Below, piece by piece: positions 61,153-64,000 of a stretch of DNA of 64,000 nucleotides. A model generated the notes under the pieces. It ran no database searches. It was not told the DNA's origin and worked only from the letters and a program-made list of their open reading frames with translations. The translations under genes and the position numbers were made by a program. Source of the DNA: Trichosphaerium sp. ATCC 40318 (taxonomy: Eukaryota > Protista > Tubulinea); assembly GCA_038496445.1 (NCBI GenBank), contig JALMLS010000578.1, positions 124,001 to 188,000 of the forward strand. Reading direction: 5' to 3'. Positions within the stretch are counted from its first letter, which is position 1. Every line of letters starts with the position of its first letter.

Positions 61153-62396
61153 ATGGATATACCAGAGATTTTAGCCGAAATATTGTCATACTGCGTTGAT
61201 TTAGTTGATTACGCTAATTGGAGCCTTGTTTGTAATCAATGGCGCTATTTCGTTTCTTGCGAGGTAGAAGCATTCTGTAGAAAGCAGTATGCAGTACCTA
61301 TTGACTCAAATACGCTTAGTCAATTTCCTAATGATGTAGTACGTAATATTATTATTATTCTTCACTGTTATACCTCTAGACGTGAAGGAAACAATGCTAG
61401 AGTGCTTATTTTGTGTAATAATCTATTTTTAACAGAATCCATGGATGCACATCTTCAAGTGCTTATTTCGTTCTAAATTCCTTGTCTGTTACAACAAATA
61501 TGTAGATGGAAGTTCATTACAATTAGGTTTGAAAAAGTTAGGCATCAGGTGAAGAAAAAAAAAACCCAAACAGCTTTTCTTTTTTTGAGTCTAATTTGTT
61601 GATTTAGGAATGTCGATGTATTTCATCAAAAGATGCTCAAAAACAAAGAAGACAAAGATGAATTACGCACAAGATTAACAGGATATGACGCCATTGTTTT
61701 CTCCACTAATAATGTGTGGATAAAACGCACGTGATATTTCTTTGAAATGTTTATTTTGCGTTGACTTTCTGTCTGTTTAGATCGTGATCTATGGGGAGAT
61801 GTTTTTAAAGAACTCATAGATGATGGTGTGGGTGTTATTCAGCTTGTGTTTTCAATTTGCTCAGGTTCTGAAAACCTTGGTAAGAGAGTGAAACAACGGT
61901 TTTTTAACTCTGTGAATATTAAATTCTTAAAAAAGGTGGTGCCTGGGAAAAAGCTGGAGTAAGTGCAATAGTTCCAAGAATATTTGAAGAAAACACAAGT
62001 TCTTCAGAGGAAGGAACACCAACACAACGATATCAGTAAGCATTAAAGATACTAATAGTAGTTGACAAGACTGATGTAACATTAACTTTGCGACATAGTT
62101 CTCTCAAGATTGAAAACAAAGAATCAGACCATTTTATATTTAATGGCACAGATGATTTGACACACATGGAAGGATACAAAAGTACAGGTACACCTCATCC
62201 TGAAGGAAAGGTATTGGCAACTTTTGAGGAGTTGAAGGAAGAAGATCATATTCTTCCTTGTATTGTTGAACTCGATAAGTTTAAAGGAAAATCAATGGCA
62301 ATCAACTGCTTTGGGCAAACAGCCTCTTCAAAAGAAGGATCGAAGCTACTTGCCAACTCGTTATTGTATTGTGCAAAGACTTCTTCAAGCTCCTAG
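61153..62396 (+). CDS. F-box protein with C-terminal alpha/beta (class I glutamine-amidotransferase-like) domain, multi-exon
   Basis: MDIPEILAEILSYC..NWSLVCNQWR F-box. RVLILC..LTGYDAIVFSTNN..GDVFKELIDDGVGVIQL..SMAINCF..KLLANSLLYC. Confidence 0.7.
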
Positions 62397-62499
62397 AATA
62401 GACATACCAATACAACCCTACAGTAGTGACTAAAACATAAAGACTAAACCATAAATACATTACATGTTCTATCTCATTAAAGTTTACGATATCTGTTTT

Positions 62500-62790
62500 T
62501 CATCAATTCATTAGTGTTCCATTTCTATCTATTGCTTTTGGTTCTCCATTTATTTTACCATCAGCATACTTGAACTCCTCACACAAGAATCCAAATGCAT
62601 CCACCGTTTAAATTCCATTGACAAACTTAAGCAATATGCCCATTCATCAGCTAAGAGATATATTGTGAGCTCTTGAATGCCACCACTATGTTTGACATAG
62701 TTCCACTCCCTCTCAAGTTCACCATCTTTACCAAAAACTTTGAAACCTCCTTCTAGTTCCTCATTCGCGTGTCTACCATGTATAGCTAAG
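62500..62790 (-). pseudogene. Degenerate MORN-variant repeat remnant
   Basis: LEGGFKVFGKDGELEREWNY, then frameshifted FGFLCEEFKYADGKINGEPKAIDRNGTL stop. Confidence 0.5.
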
Positions 62791-64000
62791 TGAGTATTAA
62801 TCTAGTGCTAGCATTAGTATTTACCCAGTGTAAACAATCTCGTTAATCAAATTAAATCTCACTCACTCTTCTTTCTAGTGACTACAAAGGCCGAGTGGAA
62901 TTTGAAAAGGGCATCAAGCAACCCAAGAGGTGTTTGAGAATGTTTTGAATAGGCACAGACAGGTTTCAGCCGAAATAGAGGAAGTAGAAGGTAAGTAACA
63001 ACAAGGTAAAAAAGTTGTTGTTTATTTTTGGGTCTTTTTTAAATATCGTCATATTGCAGTGCTCTAACATGGAATTGTATTGATTTTGAGGACCCTTGTA
63101 CCAAAACTATCGTTATATGCGAAAAGGAGAGCTTGACAGTGTCTAAGAGAGGTACTGTGCCATCTAGTTGTCAATCTATTTTGTTTTCGTTTAGTATCAA
63201 TCACATGAATCTAGTGCTATAGTTAGCGCTCATTTTCGTCCCTGTAGAGACTACAAACACCAAACACTAACAATTTTCTGCATGCAAACAACCTAAGCAC
63301 AAGTGTATTAGAAGAACCGGCACTTTGAGCTTCTCAGAGGTAGCAGTAGTAGTAGTAAATCAACTTCCCAAAACCCACAAGACACAGCCTTATGACTAAG
63401 AAAGAAGGCAAGAAAGAGGTGAAGGGAGAAGAAAATGATGTAGTGGTATACGAGGGTATATTCCTGCCAGTTATTAACCCCAACCTATATCCATCTACTA
63501 GCACGCCCACTTATTTTTAGGTTTTTTGCTTATTTCGTGCTAGTGTTACAGTTACCCTGTATATTATCCCCACCCCTATCTCTCTTGCTCAACCTTGTTG
63601 TTATGTACTAATGTTTGTTGTCCTGTAGTACACAAACTCAGAACAATCGTTTATCAGCAAGGAAAGGGCATCTACAAGTACATGTTAACCAACCGTAATC
63701 TCAATCTCAGATGGACAATTATAAGCCCCAACTCTAACATGTTGAAATAGAACAGATTGCAACTGGTAGTGGTGATATGTTATGATACCTTTGACATGCT
63801 ACACTATTTGAGTGCAATCTGAAGTGGAAAACAAGTTAACTCTGCCTGGTACTTGAAGGAGCACATACGCATGTATGCTTTGCACTAAATAATCAATTGG
63901 GTTTTAACTACTTGTATTTGACACTTAGTTTTAGGTGTAACAGACTAACGAGATGTGTCTAGTTCTACTTCTCTACTTCCAAACAAATATGGCCAAGTCT

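Noticed and set aside
63338-63358. (GTA)n microsatellite
   Set aside because: Short simple repeat with no further structure.
1-64000. Prokaryotic operon, CRISPR array or defence system; rRNA or tRNA genes
   Set aside because: Genes are interrupted by spliceosomal introns. No regularly spaced repeat-spacer array or recognisable structural RNA was seen.
1-64000. Alternative genetic code or stop read-through to explain fragmented ORFs
   Set aside because: Where checked, in-frame stops in conserved genes fall inside GT/GC-AG introns, and the standard code gives intact motifs.

Overview
Compact, intron-dense eukaryotic (protist) genomic DNA, not prokaryotic. Introns are mostly about 40-150 nt with GTACG/GTGCG/GTAAG donors and CTAAC/CTGAC branch points. 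Gene content (vinculin family, CARMIL-like LRR, RasGAP, RhoGEF, SmD3, G-alpha) suggests an amoebozoan-like free-living protist (inference). About 25 genes or pseudogenes were reconstructed by hand from spliced exons, so ends are approximate. The main observations are: (1) a single spliced gene joining NLS + putative beta-sandwich DNA-binding domain + IPT/TIG + ankyrin repeats (NF-kB p105/Spt23-Mga2-like layout) to a full-length vinculin/alpha-catenin body; (2) a myristoylatable G-alpha with degenerate catalytic residues fused to a C-terminal BTB domain, at the start of a ~13 kb stretch rich in ubiquitin-ligase adaptors (RING, Skp1/BTB-like, two F-box genes); (3) a YeeE/YedE transporter fusion with the two halves in reversed order; (4) an IQ-RhoGEF-CARMIL-type LRR protein and a PH-CH-CH-C2-RasGAP; (5) at least seven GC-AG introns and strong CACGTG enrichment; (6) two non-autonomous TIR elements with target-site duplications, an intron-containing DDE transposase remnant, and a ~740 bp dispersed inverted repeat. 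No rRNA, tRNA or CRISPR array was recognised.
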